Shown: piece after piece, positions 1 through 10,270 of the stretch
Position numbering within the stretch: the stretch's first letter is position 1
How the letters are laid out: the number at the start of each line of letters is the position of its first letter
NCBI GenBank assembly: GCA_963752255.1
Contig: CAVVXT010000019.1
Span: 352,001 to 416,000 of the forward strand
Origin: Nitrososphaeria archaeon
GTDB taxonomy: Archaea > Thermoproteota > Nitrososphaeria > JACIWG01
Reading direction: 5' to 3'
Length of the DNA stretch: 64,000 nucleotides
The notes under the pieces: model-generated
What the model saw: the letters and a program-made list of their open reading frames with translations, nothing else
Told to the model about the DNA's origin: nothing
Database searches by the model: none
Translations under genes and position numbers: made by a program

Positions 1-1253
1 GGCCTAGAGGAAGAAGGTTTTGCGCCCTAGCCGTTTCAGCTTTTACCATATAGCCGTATACTGTATATCCTCCGCCAGCTGCGTCAATAGTTGTTCCCTT
101 TTCCAGTTTCTTCTTAGCTGCACAGACAGCTTCTGAATATACACCTATTGGTGCACCCGTTGGTTCGCGATAGAGAGCTACCTTAGCGATTGAGAGAGGA
201 GCTTCCATACCAATCAGGTGGACGTACCTGTAGAGTAGAGCGTTTCCACTCTTTTTACCCATAATCGCACCATAATGTTTCAGGCATTCTTGAAGGTAAT
301 CATTAGGTGCTCTGAAGACGAGGAATATGCCATTCGTTATCTCTTCTTCAACAACTCCTCCGTTCGGATAATATGAAGTTATGGTCTCTACTACGTTATC
401 GTTCTCCAACACACCTCCTGAAGATCTTAAACTCATAACGTCAGCCTAGATCTTTGAGGCCCGCAGTAGCAAAATGCATTCCGTCAACATCAGGCAAAAG
501 CCCAGTGGCATTAGAGACCGCAGTACATTCAACAGCTGGCTTTGTGCCGTCAAGGAACGAATTGTACATTACAGCGTTGAGTTCATGGCCAAAGGAATCT
601 TTGAACTTCTTATAATATTCACTGAACCAGCCAGGTCCTTCGATGATGTCTTTAGGGGTCTTCCTCCTATTCTCTGGCATGTACCTAGAACCTCTTCCTG
701 CAGCAACAATTTCGAATCCTAACGTCTTAGCCCAATCATAGAGGTCAATTATTATCGCCGGCTGATCGCCATAAATTAGGCTGTAAACCGCCCCCGCGTT
801 GTCAGCCAAACGTTTCAAGATTGGCCCTACTACCGCGTCTGTCTCAACATTTATCATTACGATATCCTTTTTATTCATTATAGCTTTGAAAGCGTGATTC
901 GCTCCAGCAATAGAGCTACCTGTAGCTTCCAGAACAACATCTACATTGCTACTGATCAAGATATCGCTGTCTAAAGTTATGGCAGGACGCCCATTTTCGA
1001 TAGCCTCGTTAGCCTGTTCTATGCTTTCTACTACAGTCACCCTGTTACGTGAAGTTCCACCAAATTCGTAGGCCTTGTAAGCCTTTTCAAGTACCTTTTC
1101 AGCTATCAACGAAAGACGCATTCCAGGAATGGTTGAAACCTTGGAGACAACCTGGGAACCGAACATTCCGGCGCCGATCAGACCTATTTTGATCGGCTCA
1201 CCCGACCTCTCTAGAGCAAGTAATTTTTCATGCAAAACAATGCACTTTTTCAC
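1..1253 (-). CDS. NAD(P)-dependent oxidoreductase, homoserine-dehydrogenase-like with C-terminal SAF domain (COG4091-like); frameshift near 445; runs off window edge
   Basis: Rossmann GLIGAGMFG, VLEATG, NVETD, GDQPA and FLDGTK motifs. After removing one base near 445 the frame continues DLADVMSLRSSGGVLE...LYRYVHLIGMEAPLSIAK...AKKKLEKGTTIDAAGGGYTVYG (SAF domain) to position 1. Confidence 0.85.
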
Positions 1254-1424
1254 CTATCTAGCACAACGTTCACTATTATTCTTTTCTAAAAGTATGTATG
1301 TAAGAATGTAATCATTTTTTCATTTTCAAAAAATTAACGTATACAGGGCTTAAATCATAGATTTTAGAAAAAATATATCGACCGCTTAAATACTAATAGA
1401 AAAATATTATCAATTAGAAAGTGA

Positions 1425-2492
1425 ATGTCTACAGGATTATCTTTTAATGAACTCGCAAAGGTTGCAAAACTTGAGTCACGTTCAATCTCAGCAGAAAACA
1501 TATTTGGAGAGAAAGGTAAAGGAGGTATGACAGCAAGCCCATTAGGCGTTGGCCGGAAGGGAAGCGCTTGGATATGGTTAAAGGCAGGTGAAACAAAAAC
1601 TTTGGGTGAAATACAGGGACCAGGTTGCATAAGGCATATCTGGATCACGTTTAATCAGGATCCGAGCTTTCTAAGAGAAACACTCCTTCGCATGTATTGG
1701 GACGATCTTCCTTACCCAAGTGTTGAATGTCCTTTAGGTGACTTCTTTGGAATTGCGCATGGAAGAACAGTGCCATATGCTTCCCTCTTGACAGCTATCG
1801 TTGAAGGCCGTGGCTTTAATACTTGGATACCTATGCCCTTTAACTCAGCTCGTATAGAGATAGCTAATGAATCATCTATAGACAATAAACTCTTCTATCA
1901 AATCGACTATACTTTAGGTGATAAGGTCGATGATATGGGCAGGTTATGCTGCACCTTTAGGCGGGAAAATCCGACTGTTTTAGGGAGGGATTTTACAATT
2001 TTGGAAAAGGTGAGTGGAGAAGGCCGTTTTATTGGAGACGTAGTTGGCGTCAGAACGTTAGCTGGTGAATGGTGGGGCGAAGGTGAAGTTAAAATATACA
2101 TTGATGGAGACACAAGTTATCCAACTATATGTGGAACTGGAACAGAGGACTATATTGGGTCGGCTTGGGAGGTCGGTCCTCACGCCAACATATATCAGGG
2201 ATGCCCACTTTGCAGACAGGACCTTATTTCCTTCTACCGATGGCATGTACTTGACCCAATATACTTCCATAAGGATATTAGGATCACTATCCAGCAGATA
2301 GGCTTCCGTCGAAAAGAGAAGACTCTCTTCGAAAGAGTTGATGATTGGTCAGCAGCTGCCTTCTTTTATCTTATGCGACCGACGAAGCTTCCTAAAGTGC
2401 CCAATCTCGAAAAAAGGGTTTCCAACATTATTGAAATGAGAGAAGGCGATCGTCAACGTCTACACAATAAACTATTTGTATCTAGGAGTTGA
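1425..2492 (+). CDS. DUF2961 / glycoside hydrolase family 172 protein
   Basis: SRSISAEN..GEKGKGG, GPGCIRHIWIT, PSVECPLGDFFG, WWGEGEVKIYIDGD, GTGTEDY and YRWHVLDPIYF motifs. Confidence 0.9.
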   Translation: MSTGLSFNELAKVAKLESRSISAENIFGEKGKGGMTASPLGVGRKGSAWIWLKAGETKTLGEIQGPGCIRHIWITFNQDPSFLRETLLRMYWDDLPYPSVECPLGDFFGIAHGRTVPYASLLTAIVEGRGFNTWIPMPFNSARIEIANESSIDNKLFYQIDYTLGDKVDDMGRLCCTFRRENPTVLGRDFTILEKVSGEGRFIGDVVGVRTLAGEWWGEGEVKIYIDGDTSYPTICGTGTEDYIGSAWEVGPHANIYQGCPLCRQDLISFYRWHVLDPIYFHKDIRITIQQIGFRRKEKTLFERVDDWSAAAFFYLMRPTKLPKVPNLEKRVSNIIEMREGDRQRLHNKLFVSRS

Positions 2493-2531
2493 AATGCGAT
2501 GTTATCTGACGCAATATTTCTCTAACATGTT

Positions 2532-3788
2532 TTAAACCGTTACTGACCCTGCTATTTCTTCGAATTTCTTTTTGAGCGAGAACTGATAGCTTGCTGGCCT
2601 AGCATAGCCGAGCTTCAGCATAGTTTTATTGACAAATATCTTATTCCTTAGGTAGACGTAGGCATAAGCTATACCATTATCAATTTTCTGTGGCTTATCA
2701 AACTTTAAGAACACCCTCTTTGCTCTAACGTACCTGTCTAAGTATTCTTTGGCATTTTTCTCTTTTACAGGGTTCACCTCAATACCAAGCAATCTGATCG
2801 TAAGGCCGTTATCAAGCTGTAAAGAGTCCTTGTTTAGAACTTCAACGACCCTGTAAAGCTTTTCTTTTACTAGTTTGAGGGATTTAGGCTCTATTAGGGG
2901 CCTCGCATTTTGTATTGTGGGAACGTAATCAATCTTGTCTAGGACAATGTCCTTAGTCCTCCTCTGGAAATCGAACTTCACATCGAAGTCGAGGTGAGCT
3001 ACTCCCACACCAATCTTCTCTTTTACCATCTCAAGATACGTTTCGTTTATTTCATAACCTATCGCGTTACGTCCTAAGCCTATTGCTGCCTTAACTGTCG
3101 TACCGCTTCCCAAGAAAGGATCGAGGACGGTGTCGCCTACAAAGGTAAACATCTTTATCAGCCTCTTCGGCAGCTCTTCAGGAAACATCGCCTCATGGTT
3201 TATCTGTCTTTCCCCTGCGAAATACCAGTGGCCTGAAAAATATTCTTTCCATTCCTCCTTGCTCAATTTCGAAAATTCCTTTGATTGTTTGGGCACTTTT
3301 TTCTGCCCAGGCTTCTTGAAGACCAAGATAAACTCGTAGTCTATTTCAATCAGGCCGTTGTCAGGGTACGGATAAGAGCCCATTACTGTTGCACCTCCTG
3401 TCGTATGCATCGTAGTCTTCTTCTGCCAGATTATGGATCCCATGTAGTCGAACCCGAGCTTCTCACACTGTCCGATAAACTCGGAGTGCAAGGGAGCGAT
3501 TCTGTAGCGTCCATAAACAGCACTCCTGAGAAACTGGTCTCCAATATTTATGCACAGTCTTGTGCCAGGTTTTAGAACTCGAAAACACTCCTTCCAAACA
3601 AGGAATATATTTTCTAAATATTGGTGCAGGCTCTGATTGTAGCCTATCTGGTTCTCGGCACCATAATCCTTTATTTGCCAGTAGGGTGGTGAGGTAACAA
3701 TTAAATCTACTGTCGAATCTCCAACTTCTATCATCTTTCTGCTATCGCCGATTATTACCTTAGCAAATCTTTCTTCCATTTCTTCCAT
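2532..3788 (-). CDS. Beta-class N4C/N6A DNA methyltransferase fused to a C-terminal thermonuclease (SNase)-like domain
   Basis: Motif IV TSPPY precedes motif I DPFLGSGTT. C-terminal ~105 aa VVEVLNKDSLQLDNGLTIRLLGIE...AYVYL..KIFVNKTMLKLGYA matches the SNase OB-fold pattern. Confidence 0.88.
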   Translation of the reverse strand: MEEMEERFAKVIIGDSRKMIEVGDSTVDLIVTSPPYWQIKDYGAENQIGYNQSLHQYLENIFLVWKECFRVLKPGTRLCINIGDQFLRSAVYGRYRIAPLHSEFIGQCEKLGFDYMGSIIWQKKTTMHTTGGATVMGSYPYPDNGLIEIDYEFILVFKKPGQKKVPKQSKEFSKLSKEEWKEYFSGHWYFAGERQINHEAMFPEELPKRLIKMFTFVGDTVLDPFLGSGTTVKAAIGLGRNAIGYEINETYLEMVKEKIGVGVAHLDFDVKFDFQRRTKDIVLDKIDYVPTIQNARPLIEPKSLKLVKEKLYRVVEVLNKDSLQLDNGLTIRLLGIEVNPVKEKNAKEYLDRYVRAKRVFLKFDKPQKIDNGIAYAYVYLRNKIFVNKTMLKLGYARPASYQFSLKKKFEEIAGSVTV

Positions 3789-3879
3789 TCTTTCTAAATT
3801 ATAGCCTAATTATTAATAAACATAAAATTTGACCTTCATTTTGTATAGCTTATATAAATGGTCATAATCTTCCTTGCCG

Positions 3880-4170
3880 TTATCGTTGCCCGCCATACAT
3901 GTGTAACCAGAACATCCACATTAAGCCTATCAGCAGACCGGTGATTATCAGCGAGACGATTGTCACAATGACGTCCTGGAACAGATTGAAACCATTAGAC
4001 AAGAAGAGCGCGAAAAGCAGGATAAAGAGGGCCCAAGCGACAATACCGAGGATCGAACCAACTACGAGTGCGAAGGGACCTCCGTACTTCCATGATTGTT
4101 GGCTCTGCCGAAGGCGTCTTGAGCCCATAATGCAATGACTTTGAAGGGGTTGAAATTTGTGGCTTGACAT
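3880..4170 (-). CDS. Small membrane protein, two TM helices
   Basis: ATG start, upstream TTAAATA box, two hydrophobic segments. Confidence 0.6.
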   Translation of the reverse strand: MSSHKFQPLQSHCIMGSRRLRQSQQSWKYGGPFALVVGSILGIVAWALFILLFALFLSNGFNLFQDVIVTIVSLIITGLLIGLMWMFWLHMYGGQR

Positions 4171-4523
4171 ATCTGTCTGTTTGTTTTCTTTTGATATTTA
4201 AGCTTGCGACTTTTTCCAAAACTAGGTCAACGTTCCTCTAAATTCTGGGCAGCATGGATGATAAGAAACTAACTAATTGATACCGGAAAACCAAGGGTGA
4301 CCTATTGAAGCGTTTCCCTAGAAACCCGTAGCTTGGAACCATATTTAATTTGGTCTTCATAGCCTTAACGAAAAAAACGCTACCGTTTATTTATAAAATT
4401 GACGGCATGTTTCGCATCAACCGCACGTGGCCATTTTATCGATAAGCAAAGCGATATACAGAATTTGGTAATTTGTGTGAATATCAATGCACTTATAAGA
4501 GTTGTCAGAGTCATTCAGATCGA

Positions 4524-5622
4524 CTAGTGAACAATTTCCACCCCTATCACGTTCTTTTCCTTTTCAATTAACATCATCATAGCTTCGTCCGCCATGTCCT
4601 CTGGGAGCTTATGGGTTATCCACTTTGATACATGCACTTTACCTTGACCGATCATCATAATTGCTTCATCAACATCTTTCCTTATGCTGATCCCCCATTC
4701 TGCAACTATCCTGCCAGCTTTATGCATCAGATCTGAAACGTTGATCGTCAATTTAGGATCTTCGAAAAGGCCCATAAGGCAGTAGGTTCCAGAGCCTCCT
4801 ATTTCGGTCTTCAGCATGTCAAGCCCCCTTTTTGTTACCTCAGCGTTACCGACTGTGTCGTAGACAAAATCAACACCTGATCCACCGGAAAGTTCCAGGA
4901 CCTTTCTAACAGCATCTTCTTTTACTGGGTCTATGACGTAATCGGCGCCTAGTTCATAAGCCATCTTTGCTCGATAGCTAAAAGGCTCTGAGACGATTAA
5001 TGGATGGATTCCAGCGGCCTTTGCGATCTCTAAGGCACGCAGTCCGATAGGCCCTGCCCCTAGAATGACTGCGGAATCACCGACTTTAGCTCCGGACCTT
5101 CTGACAACGCCAATAACATATGCCTAGGTCTGTGATTGTGGCAGCTTCATAATATGAGACGTTATCTGGAAGCTTATAGGCAGAACCCTCATGCCCTATT
5201 GTGTAAGAACCGAACCCGCTTGGGAAGCGTGCGACACTCTTCCCTCCTATATGGAAACTAGTTGGAACATGGGGGTTAAGGCACTTCGAGGTTTCGCCTC
5301 TTACACAGTTAAAGCATTGGCCGCATGCTATCGGATCCGACCCGCTGCCTAGGACGTAGACCCTATCCCCCACCTTCAAACCTGTCACTTCACTTCCTGT
5401 TTCAACAACCTCAGCAGCTACTTCGTGCCCACAGCACGCTGGAAGTGGTGCGAAAGGATGCAGGCCTTTGTAAACGTGGAGATCGCTTCCGCATATTAAA
5501 CAGGCCCTGATCCGAAAAATGGATTCATGAGGTGCAGGGCCTGGTAGTTTAACATCGAACCAAGTGAACTTGAATGGCTCGATTACGATTGGTGACCTGA
5601 ATGTTATGCCCATATCAATCAT
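4524..5622 (-). CDS. Zinc-dependent alcohol/polyol dehydrogenase (MDR family); frameshift near 5123
   Basis: CGSDLH, GHE and C-x2-C-x2-C-x7-C in the 5' ORF. After the indel the frame reads DLAYVIGVVRRSGAKVGDSAVILGAGPIG and joins ORF 4524..4964. Confidence 0.88.
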
Positions 5623-5686
5623 TTACATCCTATAGCGTTCTATATCTGTATTTGTTCTGAACCGTCAAAGGACGGTAGATACTTTT

Positions 5687-6142
5687 TTATTGTCCATTCC
5701 ATCGATATTTCTGTTTCTTGTTTCTTAGCTTTTCTAGGTCGCAGCTGAAACAGAGACCGTTATGGCAGCAGATCAGTCCCTCACAGTTTGGACACTTCCA
5801 TAATTTCTCCTGTTCCTTAAGGAATTTCTTCATTCCGAATTCTCTGATGAACCGCAGGTTTTCTATCATGCTCATTCTGTAACGGGACCTGTACCTTTCG
5901 TCAATGGTTTTTAATCTGTTACATGGGAAGGTTTCGCACTCAAAACAGAAGGTTACTTCGCCCTCAGATAGCTTGGAGCACTGCTTCTTCAAAAAGGCAC
6001 ACTTTTTGTTCCTCGGCCTGCAGCCTGCGCAACGGACCGTTCTAATCCCTTTGCCCTTTAGATCATTCTTTAGAGCCAAATAGCCTGCACAGAGTGCACA
6101 GTTCATCCCACAAGGCGCAATTAGCGCATAGTCTACCGTCAG
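5687..6142 (-). CDS. DUF3795-family Cys-rich protein; probable CTG start
   Basis: In-frame upstream extension LTVDYALIAPCGMNCALC gives the family N-terminal motif; CxGC and FCFEC..FPC motifs; GGAGTGA 6 nt before CTG at 6142. Confidence 0.8.
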   Translation of the reverse strand: MTVDYALIAPCGMNCALCAGYLALKNDLKGKGIRTVRCAGCRPRNKKCAFLKKQCSKLSEGEVTFCFECETFPCNRLKTIDERYRSRYRMSMIENLRFIREFGMKKFLKEQEKLWKCPNCEGLICCHNGLCFSCDLEKLRNKKQKYRWNGQ

Positions 6143-6170
6143 CCCTTATCACTCCGCACCAATCTAAAAT

Positions 6171-6704
6171 CTAATCTTTCTTGCCAGCATATTTTTCATA
6201 GTGCAGTATTTCATTAAGGGATTTCCGGGACTTAACCCCTGGTCTCTCATCCGGATATCCGAGTGTTAAGAGCGATACTACTCGAAGATGTGCGGGTATT
6301 CCAAGAAGTTCTCTAACCTTCCCTTCATTAAATGCCCCTATCCAGCAGCTGCCTATGCCTAAGTCCCATGAAGTTAGGGCCATATTTTCGATGGCTATAG
6401 CTAGATCTATGAGAAAACCTTCGAAAGGGCCTACTCTAGCGCTTTTCTCAATGTTAGCTAAACATACTACAACCGCCGCAGCCTCGCCGACGAAAGACTG
6501 ATTGTTTGCGACTTCAGCAACCTTACCCTTTATTGTAGGATTTGTCACTAAAATAAACTCCCAAGGCTGTCGGTTGGCAGCGGACTGTGCAAGCCTCGCT
6601 GATTCGATTATATTTAATAGTTCCTGCTGTGGTATAATCTTATCCTTGTAGCTTCTTATACTTCCTCTATTTCTTATCAGGTTCAAAATGTTAGAGTCAG
6701 ACAT
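6171..6704 (-). CDS. Nitroreductase family protein
   Basis: RGSIRSY, AQSAANRQPWEF, GIGSCWIGAF, LTLGYP. Confidence 0.92.
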   Translation of the reverse strand: MSDSNILNLIRNRGSIRSYKDKIIPQQELLNIIESARLAQSAANRQPWEFILVTNPTIKGKVAEVANNQSFVGEAAAVVVCLANIEKSARVGPFEGFLIDLAIAIENMALTSWDLGIGSCWIGAFNEGKVRELLGIPAHLRVVSLLTLGYPDERPGVKSRKSLNEILHYEKYAGKKD

Positions 6705-6886
6705 AGAAATAGTAGGATAGTGCTTGATAATTAAGGATTTCTTATCCTATTGATGTATCTCGAACTTTAAAAACATGCATGGGGATCAAGTAAAGATTTA
6801 AGTAAAAACCAATGCATAGATGAGACAATGTCATCCTCAGGACAGGAAGTACGACTGGGTTTGCTATTACAAAGAGATGAGGCAGT

Positions 6887-7243
6887 CTGATTAAAGCTTC
6901 CAGAGCTAGAATATATAGGCTTATCGTCGAATATACATCAATACCTCTAATTATAGCTCTTGGCCTGACCTTTATTTCAGGCTACGGGCTGGTTAAAGTT
7001 CGACTGGTTAGTGAGCTGACGTTCGGTCTATTACAATTCCCAGAAAGCTTCTTCCTTCACACAAACCAATATGTAGTCTACTTTGTTGGCTTACTTGTAA
7101 TATTGCATTCCTTTTCAGGCGTAGGACTGCTTATAATAAGGAAGATAAGGTATAACACTCTTGAAGTCCTGCTTGAATTGATAAACATTGCGCTAGTAGG
7201 TGCTGCCCCCTTGGTGCTATTGACGGTCTTCGTATTCCTCTGA
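6887..7243 (+). CDS. Membrane protein absent from the ORF track (118 aa, 3 TM, two His; cytochrome b/DUF4405-like); probable CTG start
   Basis: Open frame LIKASRARIYRLIVEYTSIPLIIALGLTFISGYGL...FFLHTN...LVILHSFSGVGLL...VFVFL*. In-frame TGA at 6878-6880; no ATG/GTG/TTG near the 5' end. Confidence 0.6.
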   Translation: MIKASRARIYRLIVEYTSIPLIIALGLTFISGYGLVKVRLVSELTFGLLQFPESFFLHTNQYVVYFVGLLVILHSFSGVGLLIIRKIRYNTLEVLLELINIALVGAAPLVLLTVFVFL

Positions 7244-7558
7244 CATGTATAAAGCTAACATCTGTTTCTTAAGATTTCTTATTTCGAAAAGTAAATTTTC
7301 TCAGATGCAAATGCATTCTAGGACGACTATCTTATGGGACCGCCCCGATCAGCGATTGTCAAAAAATGGGTTGACAGCGTCAGTTCTGTTAAATGCAATT
7401 ACTGTGGCGAAATTGTTGAACCCTTGACTATGATAAATGTATTTTTAGATTCCTCCACATATCTTGACCAGTTCTTTTTCTTGCTGGTAGAATTGATAAC
7501 TGGTTCTTGTGCGAATCGACCCAAAACGCTTAAAAGAATCTTAAGTCATAATTCGAAT

Positions 7559-8296
7559 ATGGATGAAAGTAAAAGCAAGGTTAAAGAAATTACCGAAATG
7601 TCAAATGTTGAAATAATGCAGGAACTCAGGAAGTTTGACACTGCCACCATCTGCAACGTCGTTGCAACCTATCCAGAAAACGATATCTGTCTGAAACTAT
7701 ACGATGCATGGTATGGGGAATATTATACAAACCAGAGCTTGTGTTGTATATATCCTGAGCTTGGTACCCTCTGTGGGTACGCCGCAACCGCCTGGTACTC
7801 TGAATGGTCTGAAAATTATACAAAGTTTGATGATTGGGTGTTGTACGATCATGTAAATCTGACTAAGAAACCTACAATTCTTGTTACAAAACAGACGTAT
7901 CCTTCAGGACTTGTAGGTGGTGGCCTTTTCGGAGGCAACTTTACGACCCAACTGAAATTTTTGGGTGTTGTCGGCGTTTTGACCGATGGGCCGATGAGGG
8001 ACTACGAAGAGATTAAACCTATGAAATTCCAGTACTTGGCATCCGGGCTTACTTCGGGGCATGGCCCTTGGAGTTTGAGGGGGGTGAATATACCGGTTAC
8101 GGTTGCGGGTATGTCCGTCCAGCCAGGCGACATCATACACATGGACGTCTGCGGAGCGGCCAAGTTTCCGGAAAGGTACTTACCGAAAGTTTTAAAATAT
8201 GCAAGGGAACTGAGGAAACATGAAATCAAGCATCAAAGCAGATTTCACGATCTGGACTTCACGTACGAAAAATGGAAGAGTAGTGGCAAGCAGTAA
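7559..8296 (+). CDS. RraA / HMG-CHA aldolase family protein
   Basis: DTATICNVV, GYAAT, FGG, GVLTDGPMRD, VQPGDIIHMD. Start placed at ATG 7559, downstream of a CTTAAAA box. Confidence 0.85.
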   Translation: MDESKSKVKEITEMSNVEIMQELRKFDTATICNVVATYPENDICLKLYDAWYGEYYTNQSLCCIYPELGTLCGYAATAWYSEWSENYTKFDDWVLYDHVNLTKKPTILVTKQTYPSGLVGGGLFGGNFTTQLKFLGVVGVLTDGPMRDYEEIKPMKFQYLASGLTSGHGPWSLRGVNIPVTVAGMSVQPGDIIHMDVCGAAKFPERYLPKVLKYARELRKHEIKHQSRFHDLDFTYEKWKSSGKQ

Positions 8297-8393
8297 TACA
8301 AACAAGTAAAAAAAAGATTATATTATCAGGCTAACAAACCACAAGAACTTTTTAACTTATAAGCATAACCACTGAAGCCTTCAAACCGTCGAT

Positions 8394-9485
8394 TCATATG
8401 GCTGTGAAACCCTTTACGGTTTTCATATCTAACCTTTTTATAAGTTCGGTGACAAGTTTCACCGCATTTTCAACATCTTCTAGGCTGAACAGGCCTACGT
8501 GGCTGTGGATGTGCCTTGTTGGAGCACAGATGACAACACTTGGACAGCCAATCCTGTTTAGATGAATTCTGCCGGCGTCTGTGCCTCCTCTGTCTATTTT
8601 CGAAAGCTGAAGAGCAATCCCCATCTCTTTGGCTGTCTTTATGACAAATTCCTTTAAGGGTTGATTGGGAACCATGCTGCCATCATAAGTAATGAGGCTA
8701 GGGCCTCTGCCCATCTTCGCTGGCGCTTCGAAGGGCTTTACATCTGGCACGTCACCTGCTATATCCACTTCGAATACCAATGCTACATCCGGGTCCACTA
8801 GGTTGGCAACCGTTTGAGCACCTCTAAGTCCAACTTCTTCCTGAACGGTCGCTGCACCATAGATCGAGTTTGGATGAAATATTGCGTTCTCTTTGATCCT
8901 GCGAATTGTTTCCATCATTATGAAGGCACCTACCCTGTCATCAAAAGCTTTTCCCATAGCTACTTTTTTGTCACGAATTAATGAGAAGGGTGATAGGGGT
9001 ACAACCGGATCGCCGATTTTAACTCCTGCTTCAGCGGCCTCTTTTCCCGACGTAGCGCCTATGTCGATGAACATCTTCTTTTTTTCAACAACCTTCAGAC
9101 GTTCTTCTTCGGTTAAAAGATGTGGTGGCTTCGCAGATATGACGCCATTTAGATCTCCTCTTTCAGTTCTCAAAATAACTCTTTGAGACAGCAGGACTTG
9201 ATCCCACCATCCGCCTAGAGGGTCAAAGGATAGAAAACCGGTTCTCGCGTCTATGCCCGCGACGACAAAACCCACTTCATCAACGTGCCCTGCCAACAGC
9301 ACATGCGGTCTATCAACTTCACCTTTAGCCAGAAAAACAACGGAACCCAGCTTATCTGATAAAACCTCATCAGAGTAAGCCAGCATGTATTCCTTGATAA
9401 TATGTGTTGTCTCTTTTTCAAACCCGGACGGACCGAAAGATTCAGTCATTTTCTTCAGTATATCAATCGCTTTATCGTCGAACAA
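8394..9485 (-). CDS. M42 family aminopeptidase (TET-like)
   Basis: GHVDEVG, GKAFDDRVG, VQEEVGLRGA, GGTDAG and RHIHS metal-binding motifs. Confidence 0.95.
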   Translation of the reverse strand: MFDDKAIDILKKMTESFGPSGFEKETTHIIKEYMLAYSDEVLSDKLGSVVFLAKGEVDRPHVLLAGHVDEVGFVVAGIDARTGFLSFDPLGGWWDQVLLSQRVILRTERGDLNGVISAKPPHLLTEEERLKVVEKKKMFIDIGATSGKEAAEAGVKIGDPVVPLSPFSLIRDKKVAMGKAFDDRVGAFIMMETIRRIKENAIFHPNSIYGAATVQEEVGLRGAQTVANLVDPDVALVFEVDIAGDVPDVKPFEAPAKMGRGPSLITYDGSMVPNQPLKEFVIKTAKEMGIALQLSKIDRGGTDAGRIHLNRIGCPSVVICAPTRHIHSHVGLFSLEDVENAVKLVTELIKRLDMKTVKGFTAI

Positions 9486-9657
9486 TATGCACCAACCACC
9501 TTAAGGGTATCTGTTGAAAAACTCTTAAATCTTCTCCAAGGCATTAAGATAAACTAAAATTCTCAGATAATTAGACTATGAATATTTTTGAGGCTCATCA
9601 TACCTCAGTTGAGCCTCCTCTTTGAATATCTAAATCATACAAAGCGATACATTTATT

Positions 9658-9677
9658 AATATATCATTAGATATATT
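9658..9677. promoter_or_regulatory. Perfect inverted repeat AATATATC-N4-GATATATT, probable PadR autoregulatory operator
   Basis: Palindrome lies between the TTTATTAA box and the padR-family ATG at 9690. Confidence 0.6.
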
Positions 9678-9689
9678 GAACGATATAAA

Positions 9690-10202
9690 ATGTGCGGATT
9701 TAGATACGGATGTTCAGACGATACGAGAGGTTTCGGAGGAAGACACATGCACTGGAAGGGGGCGTTCGGGGTTAGGAGAGGCGATTTCCGTTTCCTCGTC
9801 TTGATGGCTCTATCAGAAAAGCCGATGCACGGATACGCCCTTATTCAAGAGATAGGCAGGGAACATCAAAGACCTGTAAGCGCAGGGCTGGTCTATCCTA
9901 CACTTCAGGAGCTTGAGGATTTGGGATATATTGTCTCTGAAGAAAGGGAAGGAAAGAAGATCTATTCGTTGACTTCCGAAGGCAAGAAGTACCTTGAAGA
10001 TAAGAAGGATGTAGTTGAAAGGATTAGGGCTGGGAAGGAGTACACCGAAAGGATGGGCATATTCGGCTTCGTGAAAGACGTCAGGGACATCCAATCGATG
10101 ATCTTCCAAAATGAAGAATACGTTGACGAAGAAAAGATGAACAAGATACATGAAATTCTGGCGGAAGCAAAGAAGAAGGTCGCGTCTGTAATCTTTGAAT
10201 AG
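9690..10202 (+). CDS. PadR family transcriptional regulator
   Basis: RRGDFRFLVL, PMHGYALI, SAGLVYPTLQELED, KKIYSLTSEGK. Confidence 0.93.
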   Translation: MCGFRYGCSDDTRGFGGRHMHWKGAFGVRRGDFRFLVLMALSEKPMHGYALIQEIGREHQRPVSAGLVYPTLQELEDLGYIVSEEREGKKIYSLTSEGKKYLEDKKDVVERIRAGKEYTERMGIFGFVKDVRDIQSMIFQNEEYVDEEKMNKIHEILAEAKKKVASVIFE

Positions 10203-10270
10203 GTGAATGTCTCATAGACAGCAAGAAAGAAGGGATCAATTTTCGAATATGATCGAAGTTCATCAGAAAC

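Noticed and set aside
7334-7558. 75-aa N-terminal extension (with CNYC) of the RraA ORF
   Set aside because: Family similarity begins after ATG 7559 and a TATA-like box lies just upstream of it; the extension is probably chance open frame or a scrap
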